From contig KZ538467.1 of NCBI GenBank assembly GCA_000934665.2, positions 1-64,000 of the forward strand: a DNA stretch of 64,000 bases, written 5' to 3'. The notes below the pieces were generated by a model. That model saw only the letters and a list, made by a program, of their open reading frames with translations, did not search any database and was not told where the DNA came from. The translations under genes were made by a program, and so were the position numbers. This stretch comes from Catajapyx aquilonaris (Eukaryota). Position 1 is the first letter of the stretch. The number at the start of each line of letters is the position of its first letter. This document shows positions 13,001 through 27,245 of the stretch, piece by piece.

Positions 13001-16000
13001 TATGCCATAAAGGGGAACACACATATGCAAAAAAAAAAATTACAAAGGGAAATGTTGGAGCGTAGCGTAACTATCGGTCATTCACTTATCTTCATTAAAG
13101 CCAGAGTTTGTGGGACAAGCTGATTGTGTAAGTTATCATCTAGCCTGCAAACGCTGGTACATGATGTGCAGTGCGCTTAGCCTGGATGAACTATGAACTT
13201 GACAGATTCAGCACTTGTAACTGGCTCTTCTGCTTATCCGTATCACACAGCAGTAGCGTACCATAAATAATGTAACCTTACTACCCTCAATGACTAATCA
13301 ATTCCAGGCATTTGATAAGTACGAGCAACAACTTGACGTGCTCAGCGCTCTCGATTGTGCTTACCGGGTAGGTCAAAGGTCATGCCTCATGTTGAGATGC
13401 TTCTTATACCCAGGTCAAATCATATACCAACTATTCTATCTAGGTCACGAGATTTCTGTTGCATACTGTACACTGCAGCAGCGTGAAATCTTGCGAATTC
13501 AATGTTGGCGCAGGTGTAATGTGGTGCGGGGAGGTATTAATGGCTCTCGCTTTACACATAAATTATCAGACTTAAGCAGAGATGATGAAAAGTTACGGGT
13601 GTAATACAGTACGCAGGGAGCCATTCTACATGATGCATAAGCCTACCGAAGCCTAGATAGGATTGCTTTGAAGCGAAAATAAAACTCAGTTTGTGCCCGC
13701 GGTATGAAGTAGGTGTGCGGTTATTTTCCCCCAATATTTTTCCTTCATTCATTCCTTGATTAATTTATTAAACGCGGTTGCAGCCGCCATAACTCTTGGA
13801 ATTTCCAGATAAAAGCCGTCCTTGGAGAAACGAAAAAGCCCAAGTACACTCCTGGACATAAGTGACCACACGTTTAAAAAAAGGAAGTTTAAAAAGGCCT
13901 TACGCGCGCAAGGATGAAAGTTGTCCCAGGTTCAATTCGTCTTAGGTGGGATTCCTTGAGACTAACCACCAGGGGGAACAAAATGGCCGTGCTTCATACA
14001 ACTATTTATTATGATTATGATGATGATGATTATTATTTCCAAAAATGGATGATTCGAGAGCCATCTAGGCGCTTATCGAGGTGTTTCAGAGCATCCATGT
14101 TGAAAGAGGAGGCGCGTATCCGCTAGCTTGATGAGTGAGTGTGGTCCTGGTTACTGGAAAAGTGCTAGGACCCGGGTAAATGCATGGAACCCCCGGAAAC
14201 TCAGCAGGCAAGAGGGGCAGGCATAAGTTTTGCGCTTCCAAGTCCCAATTAAAGTTTAGTGGCGTCATCTGTAAGAGAGGCTGTAACATGGCAGGTTTTA
14301 GGAGACACGGTTCCCACCCCAGTCTCGGATGTCGTTGAAGCCATCCGTCGGCCTGTTTCAAGTCCCCTTGATTGCCTCATCAGGGGACTGCCAGAGCCAA
14401 GGTTTCATCCATCCAGATCGGCGCTCCGGATAACGACGTCCCCGCAACTTGCTTCCGACTACGGGTTCTGGCTGCCTAATTCGGGTTCCCCCTATACCCT
14501 CAAACTCCGCGCCATATTAGAGCTACAACCTACCTCGAATTGTCTGCTCAATCTTCCTGCGCGACCCCATAGTGACCCAGCCTGTTTACCTGAAAAGGCC
14601 TGCCATTTTGGAAAGAGTGGGCAGATAGACCCATTTGAGTCGAGCAGGGCTGGAGCTAGTAGCGCATTGATCCCGAAGGAGCCAGAAACAAAAGCGAAGG
14701 CAGCCCTGCCATTGGCCGCCACTTCACCATCCGCCGTTGGTAAATATTTAACGAAGAAGAGCAAGACAGCATGCCCCTCCGATAGGCATCTCATAATACA
14801 CTACTGATGGCTGTACAGGGCCGAGGTGTCTATCCGTCCGCTCTTCCGGACACTTCTTATAAAATAAGAGGGTGCGAAGAGTGGCTTCTGAGTTCTGATG
14901 GTGTCAGAGTGTACAAATGAGTCGAGGGCAGCAGGCATTCGCCCACAGGGAGAGGCCATTTTGGAATGGAACTCGCACTCCAATATTGTCTCCTTGCCTT
15001 CACAGGGCTTGGATCTGCTCTGACACTGGGCCTTCCCAGAAGTCTCATCATGCTCCATGCTCGGATTCGTAGCTGGAAGCAGCACTGTAGGCGGCTGCCT
15101 TTTTTATGTGAAGAATCTGGAAGTCTTTTCAAGCTACTGGGGGCTATTGAGTCACTCTGAATGATATATCAGGATACGTGAAAGGTATCGATACAATATT
15201 TGTATTGAAAATGTATAGTTCCCAGACACACAGTTTTGATAAGGTATATGAAATGATCTTACAAAGAGCCAGTATCCCTTGACAAAATCACCTATAGCTC
15301 TGATACTGTAGGTGCTGAACCCTGAATGAATTCTTGGTGAGAAAAATCTGCCCTCTACTCTCCTGCATTCCTAACCCTGCATTCAGTTGTTTCAAAGTTT
15401 ATATCCTGACCCACACCCAAGGGCTATTGCGCAAAGCCATCAAGAATGTAAACAGTGAGCCTGTATGTATGGAAATTGTCCTCTCTGTGTAATGAAGGTA
15501 CTGTACAGTAACATGTAGGTAGCTCTAAATGTCAGTGACAAATTCTGTAACTCTTTAGAAACCAACCATGCAATGTGAAGCCGTGAAAAGCTGTGACTGT
15601 AGCCGTCCTAACAATTTATTGTGCGCTCCTGATGGCAAGAAACTGCAAACATTTTGAGAGAGTCCGAACTGTTGGGAACACAAGTGTACCTTGCCTTCCA
15701 GAGGTCTATGCAAATGCAGCACGAGATCTACCAGGCGTATATGCACAGTATCTTCATAATAATGATATTGTCACATTCTAAGTTATGAAGGACTCTAGCC
15801 CTTAGTAAATTCCCAAACGCAGCTTGAGAATGCAAGCCCTTCATAATATTGTAATACGTGATGAAGATGACCAACAATGATCGATTTCATTATTGATTTT
15901 CAGGAAGGGAGTATAGGAATGAGAATGGTTTAGTATGTTTACCAGAAGACAGCTCTCAACGGAACTAGAACAAATTGAGAAACAGGAGAGTAATTGGAAC

Positions 16001-19000
16001 ACAATGTACAGTACATGGCACAAAATAATGACTGTGTAGTACGCAGTTAGTGATAGGCAATAATCTGACGAAAGTGGGCGGGGGGAATATTATCACAAGC
16101 TAGTACTATGTGGTGTTTGGTAACATAGTACCACAAACTGAGATTAACGAGGCGCAAGATAAGTGCCCTTTCTTCCAGGGTACTACTAAGGGATTTAATG
16201 CTTCTACTTTATCTTGCTTCACAGCCACAAGGAAAATCTCAGTGCAGTGTCGAACCCACGACCATCCAGATGGATTCTTCCAACTGTTCCACTTCTTGGC
16301 GAAGCCTGTGTAAATTGGAATATAACCAATAAATAAATCAAATCAATAATTAATATTTACTGTAACATTTTATCCCTCTGTATCGTGCTGCAAATGTCAA
16401 AGTTGATTCCAAAGCTCAAGTTTCATGGGTGCATACATTATCCACGCCTTGTATTACGTTTTGGCTTAACCCCGGCAATAATTTGCATATTCTTTGCTGA
16501 GTAGTGTACTACTGAATGCGTTCAATTTTAAAATTAGTCATGCTATCACAAAAGCTATTGTATTATTTTATGGAGTACAGGCAGAGATTGCAGTAATATT
16601 TGACTTTGATATGTTTAATTTCAGCTTAAAACAGGCCATCCATTAATTCAGATTCTAAACGCGTTCTATAGAATGGGCAAAATTGCCTCACTTATGGAAT
16701 CTGTAGTTATTCTATGAAATAAAAAATGTTTCCCGACTCCCATAACCGCAAAAGAAATGTATCTATCTGTAAATGAAACCTAACATACATTGTGCAAAAT
16801 AATCATCAATACTCAACACAGGCCTGCTGGCTCCTAGAGATCGCCTTTCTAAGAGCACTACTGTAGACCCACAGACCCAGAAGTTCTTTCAAGTGCAGGA
16901 CAAGAGTGCAATGGGAGAATATACTGTACTGTAGAAAGGAGATAAAAGGGGGTGCTCGTTAACAAGAGATACTGTTACTGTAGATTTACTTACCTCTGCG
17001 TGATTTGGTGAAGAAAGGTGGGATCGGGGACAGCAGGGATGGCCAGGACAAGTTTCAGATATATGCCACATCTGCAACTGACATTTTCTCCTAAGTTTTC
17101 TTTATTAAGACACCTAGGTGAATGGAAGGAGGCATCAATTATTTTTAAATGGTCACTTGATCAGACAGAAACTCCTTTCCTATCCCGGAAGCTTCCCATT
17201 ACACGTGCCACTAAGCTTCTAGGGGTCCCTCGCTTACCATTACACCTCCAGTTTAAGTCCACAACAATTTAAGTGCTGGTCAGACTGTATTCATTGGGAG
17301 TCGCACACTGGGATACTTTTAAAGCTCTTCGATAGGCTGATCCAAGAAATATTCACTCTCAGTCGTGGGTCACGCACAGATTGTCAGTTCATGTATCATA
17401 TTTATACTTTCCGAGCATGACTGCAATGTAAGAAGAATCCATCTAAGCCGGATTTGAACCATTGAGAATCCTTCCAATCTTTGGGACTGCTGCTAACAAT
17501 AGCGCTACTCACGATCCTTAGAAAAGAGGGGCTATTGTACCTATACTTGAAACTTATTCTGCCATCTCCCCTTATACACGCGCATGCATGCTCCCTCCCC
17601 TGTGCTCCCTCATTCCCTCACACCAAACTAGGCAGAGGTTGTAGACATAAATAACTCACGAGCCAGCACCGTCACCTGGTGAATCATCTTTCATTAATTT
17701 TAATCGTCCATGGTCCCATCAGAGTACAGTTTTTTTTTTGCACCATACCATTCCCTGCTTTGTTCTTACCTGAAGGACCTAATGGCCCCGAGTAGTTTAT
17801 AGAATGTTCCTTTTGTTGAATAATGCTGATTTAACAGCTGTAGTTGAAAGTCAAATCGTCCTGGAGCGAGGTTATTGTGTCACATTTACCACATGCTGAA
17901 ACTTTGTTATAAGTACGACCCACTTTGTGTAAAAATAGGCCCGATGGTATGGGGAGTACCTGAGAGTGCGTCACCACATCTTATTATCTCATAGGGTGAG
18001 TGAGGTAAGAAGGTCACCTTCGCGTCTACCCCATCCAGCACAAGTGGATGAGGTAAAAAAAAGGGGGGCAAAAAAGTGCCTACACAAAATGTCTTTGTCT
18101 ACTAGTGAATATATATGAAACTGAGTTGCCACGTTTCACACATGCTCTCACAATAAGCGATGAGCTTGTCACAAATAATTGTGTGGAAGCAATTGTGAGA
18201 GCAAGTGTTTTCAAGCATTTTAAACTCGAATGATGCTCGTAAAAAATAGCGCACATTTGGAAGACGATCTTAGGACTACTGTAAAAATCCTAATTTTCAG
18301 ACTGGCGTAATTTATACTGATTTTTGAAGGCCATTGGATGGCTTCCCAGTTCTCGCTATATGTGGACTATCGCGGTTAAAAAAGATGAAAACGTTACATC
18401 AAGCTTCCAACGACTTCACTGGAAAATTAGTGATGTCTCTTGCCCCCAGTACTTATACACGGTAGAGTACGTCAAGATTACGACGTACGCTACTCTATAT
18501 TCTCGTTGCAGCAGAAACATGACTGGAATTTCAATGGATCTCCTAATTTTTTAAAAAAAGTCTTAATTTTTAAAACCATGATAGTACAAGTCAAATGTTA
18601 GGTAGGAGGCACCCTCTCCATCTCACAAACCAAAACCTGAAAACAACAACGTGGGCCTCCTGGCCCTCGATCAATTCTTGTGACGCTGTACAAGGTCGCA
18701 ACAGTGAAATCAGAGATTCAGCAGAGAGAATAATAACTGGTTAAAACAGCAACTTTAATTTACCTGGAAAAAAAGATGCCCCCCCTCTCTTCAAGTATAC
18801 CTTAGGAAAATGTTTACAGACCAAATATTTGTTTTAAAATGAAGTGCGTGTATTTTAGTTCACCTTACAATAAAAAATAACCGTCTCAACTTGAGCAACT
18901 AAATCTACTCTCCATTAGCTTCTGACTTCCAAGAGGCACGAAAGCTATAGCTTGACTCAGGTCGAGTGATAACTGGAAACTTCTATTTGACTAAGCGACG

Positions 19001-21019
19001 TTGAATGGGGAGCTACCCGCCTTTAAATTACCCAAGCTGCGATTTAAATGAGCCAGTCAGTGTTTACTCCTTCCATACAACCCCCCCCCCCCCAACCTCA
19101 CAGAAGCATCTCTGAAACTTTGTTGTCCAAATGTATGTACACTAAACCTATATTTGTGACAGGGTGTCAAGATGCAGAGATTTATTAATCATTCCGCAGC
19201 CTTAATGATAAATGCAATGAATTGACAATCATAAAATTTATTTCCCAGTGTAATATGCAAAAATATGAAGTGGTATGAATGAAAGCCACGTGAGTCGAAG
19301 CATGCATCAGTGAAGTACACCCCCAAGGAGGGTTGGGAATGGGGATTTTCTGACCGATCAATTGACCACTTAAAAATGATTGACCGCCTCCTCCCACCCA
19401 GCCAGGTAGGTTAATATATGCAAAAGTGTTTCTCACCCCTCCCTTCCTCTTCACCACGTCTTGCTCTTCTAAGGCCTGTGACCCAGATATTTAAAAACAT
19501 CAAAAAGTCAGCCATTTTGGATGACTGAAAACATTCTTAGAAAAGTTCCTCGAGAGCGCTCCCATACAGTTGAAGTTCATTACGAGACCTCTTAATGTTT
19601 CGCATACTTGATTCCACAGTTGAGAGCTGTGAACTACAAAGCTGGTTCTACTTGTAGAACTGGTCCAGTTTCGTCGATGCTGTATTAATGACCCCCTCAG
19701 TGTGAACGTAGATCCCCTGCCTCAGTATTTAAAATCAACTCAGCTTCTCAAATGTGCATTTTCTATCAGTGACCCCAACAACTGAACTATATATTTAACT
19801 GTTTTTTTAAAAGATTTCAGAAACCTCAATGTCGTCAGTCCTCCCATGTTTTCTACCCGTGGAAGTTGTGGAAACTTGACCCAGTGCCCTCAAAGAGCCT
19901 CTTTTAAAAATATTCTATTTTCATATCTAAGAGTGCCTATTTTGAGTTCAGCTGTTTTACTGCTCCGGTGTTAAAACATGATTTATGCCAAACTTATGTG
20001 ACCGGCTTCTCTGTGAAGGCGACGTCGCACCGGTTCTATACCCAACCCTGTCCCTGTCAATCATTGGCCAGAATCTAGTGGCAGAACTCCGGTCCAGGCT
20101 GGCTGCTTATCTGGAAGATATACTTACTTGTTGGGCAATGTTCCCCCTTTCCTGCTGCTCGATAGCGTTGAGGCTGCACCGCTGTCCATGGATAGGATGT
20201 TCCGTCCAGAAAAGGCTTATCCTGTTGTGTCCTCAAATACTTTAAAACCTCCCCGAGCCTCCCTCTAAAGCCCCATCGATGGCACTTGGGCGCCTCATTA
20301 ATTACACCTCCTAGATCTGATCAAGTCCGGTTCTGGTCTTGGCTTAAGGCTTAAATCCTTTGGCTGGACCTAAGATTGAAAAGAGGCCTACCGAGACGGC
20401 CTTGCCTAACACCACCTAGCCCATACGCCAAGATAAGCTGTCGGTATACTATTATCAACAGATCGGGGGTACACACTGTCTTTCCGATCTTATCCTATCG
20501 TCCCTAAGTCATTTACCTTCCTCAAGGTGATAAAGCTGTAGTACGACTGTATTACAGCCCAGAACGTCAACACCTAGCTGAAATATAGGTGTCTGGGGAG
20601 AAAAAGTTGATTGGGACTCCTAGGAAGATGGAGTTAATGTTTCTTCAGGAGGAACAAAGATGGGGGCGGTTGAAGTTGATTCAAGTTATATGATGAGGTC
20701 ATGTGACCGCCTTCCATTTTTGTGCCTCCCTAAAGTTAACAGAAATGGTAAAGGAAAACCCTCGTTTGTTTCCATCGGTATTGGTGTAATGCGGAATCCT
20801 AACAAACGTTTTGTTGCCATAGAAGAACACCCTTTTTTTTAAAGATTTTAGGCCCCACTTTCCTTATATATATTTTTTGTCTTCTCCTTTACACACACGC
20901 TCTCCTCTCTTCATGGACACTTTTATGACCTTATCTACTGCAATAATAAGCGTTGGAGATGTATAAGGACACCGTTTTTCGTGCTTTTGGGTACACAGAA
21001 TGGAAACCGAACCTCTGCA

Positions 21020-21170
21020 GCAACCACCATCCTCCACCTCCTCATCCTCCTACATAATCATCATCATCATATCATCATCATCATAACCATCAAAATCATC
21101 ATCATCATAACCATCAAAAATCATCATCATCATAATGGTCGCCACCACCATCATCATCGCAATCATCTCC
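21020..21170. repeat. Degenerate (CAT/CAC)n microsatellite
   Basis: Imperfect catcat/caccat runs; they create the spurious His/Ile-rich ORF 20981..21361. Confidence 0.85.
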
Positions 21171-21516
21171 AAAGCCAGAATCCAAATGCAGTGTCGTCCA
21201 CTCTCTCTTTCTCTCTCTCTCATTCTCGTTTAATTGTATTATACTGTACTTGTGACACGAGACTCCGCACGAGTCAAAAGTTTCCAAGACAAAGCTCAAC
21301 TCTCAACATGAACAGCATTTTGTACAGTCAGGTGCCCACAGAGTTGGAAAGTACTGTATAGCATTTAGGGGAGAACATGTGACTCACTCTTGCCATACAA
21401 AGAACACTCAGACTAATTTAATGCTTTGCTCTACAACACTATCGAGAATATGTGCCTCTATTTTTTTTTCTCTTTTTATTATGCGCTTGTTGTGCCGCAC
21501 TCTTCATGCTCAGTAC

Positions 21517-23740
21517 TTTATTATCATCGTTTATTTATTTACTTCTTTTTTTTTAAAATCCTCTAGAGGTTGGCGCAGCACAGCTACAACAGCTTTTGCG
21601 CCACTAACCCCCAATCAATCAATCCTCTTGAGGTAGTGTATATGTGTCAAGTTTTGTACTTTAAGGATGGATACACTCTGGCCAACACAAGTGAAGTTTG
21701 TCACTTTAATAATGATTAGTGGCATGCCAAAATGGTGGGGGGAGGGGGGGGGAAACCTTGTTTTACGCACTGTACATTCACTACAAAAATTCATACTCCA
21801 TGAGCACATGCTGATACACTAGGAAATTTTCTATCACATACCAATCACATTCAGCAGCGATCAAATCAAGTTACGTGAGGCCCGATCAGTCCAGGGCCAG
21901 GAATTTTTTACCGCTTTTTTTATATTCCTTACGTGTCCAAAAGTCAAACAGAAAAAAAACAACAAAGCAGACATGTTGGATGTAGTCCAACTTGCCAAAA
22001 AAGCTGACCATCCTAAGAATCATTTATTTAGCAACTGTTTTTCGGCCGTAGCCCTCCACAAACACACTAATAACGTATCCATAGAGTATATATAATTTTT
22101 TTTTTCTCTTTAGAATCAGCAGGCCCAATTTCTTTTACATGTCGCTAGTACGTAACTGTTCACACAGTTCAAAAAAAAATTTGTTCACTCTTTGAAAAAA
22201 AAAAAAAATAATATAATTGTCAACCAAAGGACTGTAGACAAACTGCTCGTATGCTAGTAAAATGGCAGGCAAATTATGGGTCCCCTGAGCTTTACTGCGC
22301 CACGAAAAGAAAAGAACTAAACGCCATAAATATCTGACGTGCACTAGTCCAAGCCGCCCTTCCTGAGAGGGTGGATGGGGGCATATTGAATTTAAAAACC
22401 ACCGCCAATGTCGCTAACACCGCGCACCCCACGGAAGAGAGAAAAAAAAAGTACAACACAACAACAATACAACATACAATGGACAAAAAAAAACAAAGGC
22501 ATTGGCAGTGTTGCGGCAGAAAAATGGACTAAGTCATGCTGAAGCCAAAAACTGCGTCAAAAAACTCAAGCCCAGTTGGAAACTGAGTAATCGGTGACGT
22601 CACACTGCACACCACTTTTTTTTAGCTTGTGTTGGGCGTGTATGTGTGCGGTAATTTGTGTCCTGTGTCTGTGTTTATATGTGGGGGGGGGGAGGGGGAA
22701 CAATAGACACCGCGCTCTCCACACACCAATGATGGGGGGCGACAGGGGGGTATGGGGGGGGGGGAAACAAAGAACAACATATCCATTATCCTACGTAAGT
22801 TGAAGAAAAAGTCTCAAACATTTTTTTTTCCACCGATCAGTCAACAACGAAGTTGATCCTGCCATACACTGGGTACACACATATACTGTATAGTAAACCA
22901 CTCGCCATTTATTAAAGTCTTTTTTTTTTTCCTAACCTCGATTTCCATCCACAAACGCACTATGCTCGTCGCTCTCTCCCTCTCACCCAATATTTAAAAA
23001 TTATTATTATTTATTATTATTATTATTTATTATTATTATATAGAGGCCTCGTTAATAACATCTGAATAATCATCACTGGTTATGCTATAATGTAAAGACC
23101 ATCACTTCTCGAGCTCTCCAGGCGTCACATTGCCTTTTTATACTATAGGCGACACGGAGAACTCAACTCAAAAACTTTCAGAAGGAACAAAAGTGGAGTT
23201 AATAAGTGGCGTAATGAACACTTGGTTCAATTAATTCGGATTCAGGTGACGAGAAGCAGTGTTCGGAAAATGGGGGTGGGGAGCAAAAAGTGAGGTGGGT
23301 GGGGTGTATTTGACTGTGAAGAGTCTTTCTACCTCAATCATTCCATTCACGCACTAATACATAACCAATCTCCAGTCACCTCGCTCAAATATTATCATTT
23401 TTTCTGGGGGCACTTATCTCCCATCAATCTCCATCAGTTTACCTTTCTGTGTACTTTTTTTTTAAACTTTTTAAAATCTGCCGTCAAGGATAAGCGGTGC
23501 ACCAAGTAGATAGTTGTTATTAATATATATGTGTATATATTGGTATATACGTTATTTTTTTCCATCTTCATATGGGGGGGGGGGGATTATGGATTTCTCT
23601 CATTTTTTTTTCTCCCAATATAATTTTTTTTTTTCGAGTCTCTACTTCCCATGTTCGGATTGTGGTTCCCAAGTCGAACTGCAAGATACTTGGTAGAAGG
23701 TAGGTCCCGAGAAGATCGACTGCAGAAGCCCTCTAAGTGT
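21517..23740 (-). other. Putative long 3' UTR of the Reph/FAM53-like gene
   Basis: AT-rich, homopolymer-rich, TE-poor sequence directly after the stop codon. Minus-strand AATAAA at 22908-22913, 22023-22028, 21530-21535 and 21517-21522. The true end is not determinable. Confidence 0.4.
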
Positions 23741-23803
23741 TCACCAGCAGTAGAGTGACAGCTCTCCCGAGTGCCTCCAGGTAGTAACGGCTCGAGCTTT
23801 CAG
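23741..23803 (-). CDS. Reph: Reph/FAM53-like gene, terminal coding exon (LKARAVTTWRHSGELSLYCW*)
   Basis: Acceptor tctcttcctcag| then CTG AAA GCT CGA GCC GTT ACT ACC TGG AGG CAC TCG GGA GAG CTG TCA CTC TAC TGC TGG TGA. Phase 0 matches the donor at 35698. Matches my recollection of the arthropod Reph C-terminus. Too short for the ORF track. Confidence 0.85.
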   Translation of the reverse strand: MKARAVTTWRHSGELSLYCW

Positions 23804-26800
23804 CTGAGGAAGAGACCAAACATGGTACCCACATTAAATCACACATATTGACAATTGATCCTAATCAGGACTGTATTAATCAGATCTGATCAAGAATATA
23901 GGTGTCTCTCTCTCTCTCTTTTTGAAACCCCCCCTCTTTTCTCTTGTGGGGGGACGTCAAGATCCTCGACATGAATCTCAATCGAAGCCATTTCCATGTC
24001 ACTCTTATTGTTTCCCTTGGCACAAAAGCAAGAGGAGGAGCGGAACACGGAATGAATCGATCAACAAAGTGGGAAGGCAGTTCGTCGGTGGGTGGGTGGG
24101 TGAGTGGGCACCTCTTCTTTTTTTTTTGGACATTTTTAGCTTTTATTTTCTTTTTTTTTAAGAGTCTAGTGGGGGGTTCTCTTTGTATTCCAATGCAGGA
24201 ACCGCCTAGCACAAAGACGCTGGCTTTTCGAGGCTTTTAGACCCTTTTCGTGACCACAATTGTGATAACAGCCGTTTTTGGTGGGTGGCAAAGTGGGTGG
24301 TGGTGAAAGGATTCCGGATATACACTCCGCGAACATCATTTTGTTGTTGTTGTTGTTCTAATCATCCAGAGAGCCACATATGGAACAACCTGTAGGTTCC
24401 AACTTCCCAATGAATGGGCAGCGTACGTAGTACGTCGAGTCTAGCCCCCCCCCCCTTTCAAGATCGATCAAGTGATAATAAAGAAGCATGTGTGGCAGGG
24501 GTAGGGGTCTGGAGTCTCCCCCCTAAAATTGCAGGGGTCAAATGAGCCCCGAGTTAGGCAGCAAAGGAAAAGGGGGCCACAAATAGCCTCACTTCTTGAG
24601 CTCTTCACGGGGACCTAAATCAATATGTTGTCCGAGGGATTGGGTCTGTAACCAAGGTGACCGACCATTTTCCCCAACTCTCCCCTCCGAAGAATAACTG
24701 TAACCAAGTTCTCTCCCGCAGAAAAGCAAGTCAGTCCCTCGAGTGGAGAGGGGGGGGGGGGGGGGCTATACTCCCCCCTCCCCCCTTTTCCCTCCAAGTC
24801 TTTTCCCGTTGAGAAGAAGAAATTGGGCGCCCAAATGCTCCTTGAGCGCTCACAGCCTCTTCTTGCCAGCCAATTTTCCATCCTATTTTTCCACTGTCTA
24901 AAAGCCTAATAGGAAGTCTAATAGTCCACGCTTTTTCCGGCCGACCCCCCCCCCCACCCCCACCCCCATACAAGCAAAACTGGCACATTGTTGCACTCTA
25001 ACCCTTCCAAAATAGGTACAGGCCATGTGACTTTATCTACACAATTTCAAGGTTAGCTGAAGTGTTTTGCTAGCAGCAACAAAAGATTGCGCAAATCATA
25101 ATCTGACTGATAAAGCACTTGGCATGTGCCAATTTTTTTTTTTTTGCAACCTCTCCGGAAGGAATGCATGGAGCTGCGGAAAAAAATAGAGGTGCACTAT
25201 CTTTACCCCTCCAAAATTCGCGAACTGGCAACCTAGCCCGTGACGTCACAAGCAGATCGGATTTCCCACGTCGATAAGGGCTCCCTTGAAATAATCCCGC
25301 TCTGCCCCCGAGTCTGAAGGTGTTCCCGATGTTTGCATCCAGGAAATCAGGAGAAGTTTCCACGAAACATTCCATTCACTTCCGCCAAAATGAATCCCGC
25401 CACCGAAAACGCGCGCGCGAAAAAAAAAGAAAAAAAAAACGTAACGAGTTTCTTTTCAACTCGACTTAATCCCAATTCCGGCATTGCATCGGACACGACC
25501 GACTTCTGGGCCGGTGTTACACTAATTCGACACAACGAGTAAGCCTGTTTCTTCATCCGCAACCTATTGAATAACAGGTGGTGTGGAATTGACCACGCCC
25601 CTTTTTCGCTATTCCCGGATAGAACGAGAGAGAGAGAAAAAAAACTCTTTCATTCCACCCTTCCAACCTATTTTTCACAAAGTGTTTCATTAAGCTCCGG
25701 GGTGCATCTTGCGACAAATGAGTTTCAAGACGAACTTTTATCGACCAGGAAGGAGCCGGATAGAAGGAATATCCTAGCTGCCGTGCAACCCACACGGCAC
25801 ATAGATAACAAACGGCGTTATTTATTTATTTTAAACATATAAGAGCGGGTGTCCAGGCGTGGTTGATGAAGCGCCACCGGTCGGTAGCGTCCTGGTACTA
25901 AAAGTCGGGGGCGCGCCATCTCTGGGTGGCGTCCAGATAAATAGTCCTGCCAGTGTGCGAAAGGGCAGCATCAGTCTGTGGGGAACTTTCCTCCCTCTGC
26001 CCAATGACCAGTATGCAAATTAGTGGTGGGCGGCCTCATTTCGCCAGCGGGAGGGAGAGGAGCAGGGGGCAGGGGTGGGGTCGAGTCCTGATGCGGCTGT
26101 GACCGAGCTATTTCATTTGCAGCTGGTTGGAAGGATGGCCGGACTCATGCCGGCAGACAACCCAAGCCACATTCCCAGCCCGCCCATTACTCTCGGGTCC
26201 CTGCGAGTGACCAACCCCATTGCACCTTCAGACGTGACATGACCCGAAATAGGTGGCGGGGCTTGCCGGATGACCGTTTGACCTCCAGGTGCTTCAGCCT
26301 GCTGGGCGCCACTCCGGCCCTCTTCTTCCGGACTCCCGATGGGCACTCGCCCAAGATTCTTGCTCACTAGCGCCTTTCAGGATTTTAGGACCGCCTCTTT
26401 ACTGCCAACTTTGCAGGCATACTTTGAACCAAGTTGAGGCCTTTTTCTTTTTCATAGCAGCCGAGGGCTGGTTGGCTAGCCCCCATGAATCGCTTGCGGT
26501 AAATAAATACTCCTGAGAAAACAGGCTTTTCACAACTTTTCCCATTTGCTAGGCGCAACCTACATCATGCCGCTCCTGTTTCGGCCCACCCGAAACAAAG
26601 GACGGCTTGATATATTTTCTGTCCAAATTACATGGTAGGCATGTGATCGTATTTGGAGTCTCAGAGCAATCCCAACCAGCCTGTGGGTGCAAGTCACGAC
26701 TCTTTCATTGGCCACTAGAAAAGTCATCCACGAGCCAAGGTCACTCCAGTCGTGGCGTGCAACTCATCACCCTCATTTGAGTAATCCACTCTTCTCAGGT

Positions 26801-27081
26801 CACTAATAAGGCGGAGGCCTAACATCCATCTTGCCTCTAATGTGAAGCAGCGAGGGCTGAGCACGAAGCAGAACCGACAACGACGCCACTACCAACAAGG
26901 AGCCTCCTTCACAACCCTACCCATGTCAATTTGGCCAACAATTAATGTTCTCCCTTGGTCATCTCTCAGCCCTGCAACTGACACGTCTGATCTGAATAGC
27001 CCTGTTCACACTGCTCCAAAATGGCGCTCTTCCTGCTTCACTTCCGGATTTATTCGAGCAATGTAGGGTATTACACTAGTG

Positions 27082-27245
27082 CAGGGTTTCCCAACCTTTT
27101 TGTCCTTGCGGAACCCTTAAAATAATATTCAACTCTCAGGGAGAACCCCTACATAAATATATGTTAAGCCTATTCAGCAATATTTCTCGCGGAACCCCTG
27201 GCGATTGCTCGCGGAACCCTACAGAACCCCGGTTGAGAATCCCTG
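27082..27245. mobile_element. hAT (Buster/Charlie-type) MITE
   Basis: TIRs CAGGGTTTCCCAACC / GGTTGAGAATCCCTG, repeated internal GCGGAACCC motifs, and an approximate 8-bp flank duplication cactagtg / (c)gactagtg. Confidence 0.8.

Noticed and set aside
20981..21361. His/Ile-rich 126-aa ORF
   Set aside because: Translation of a degenerate CAT microsatellite, with no splice or homology support.
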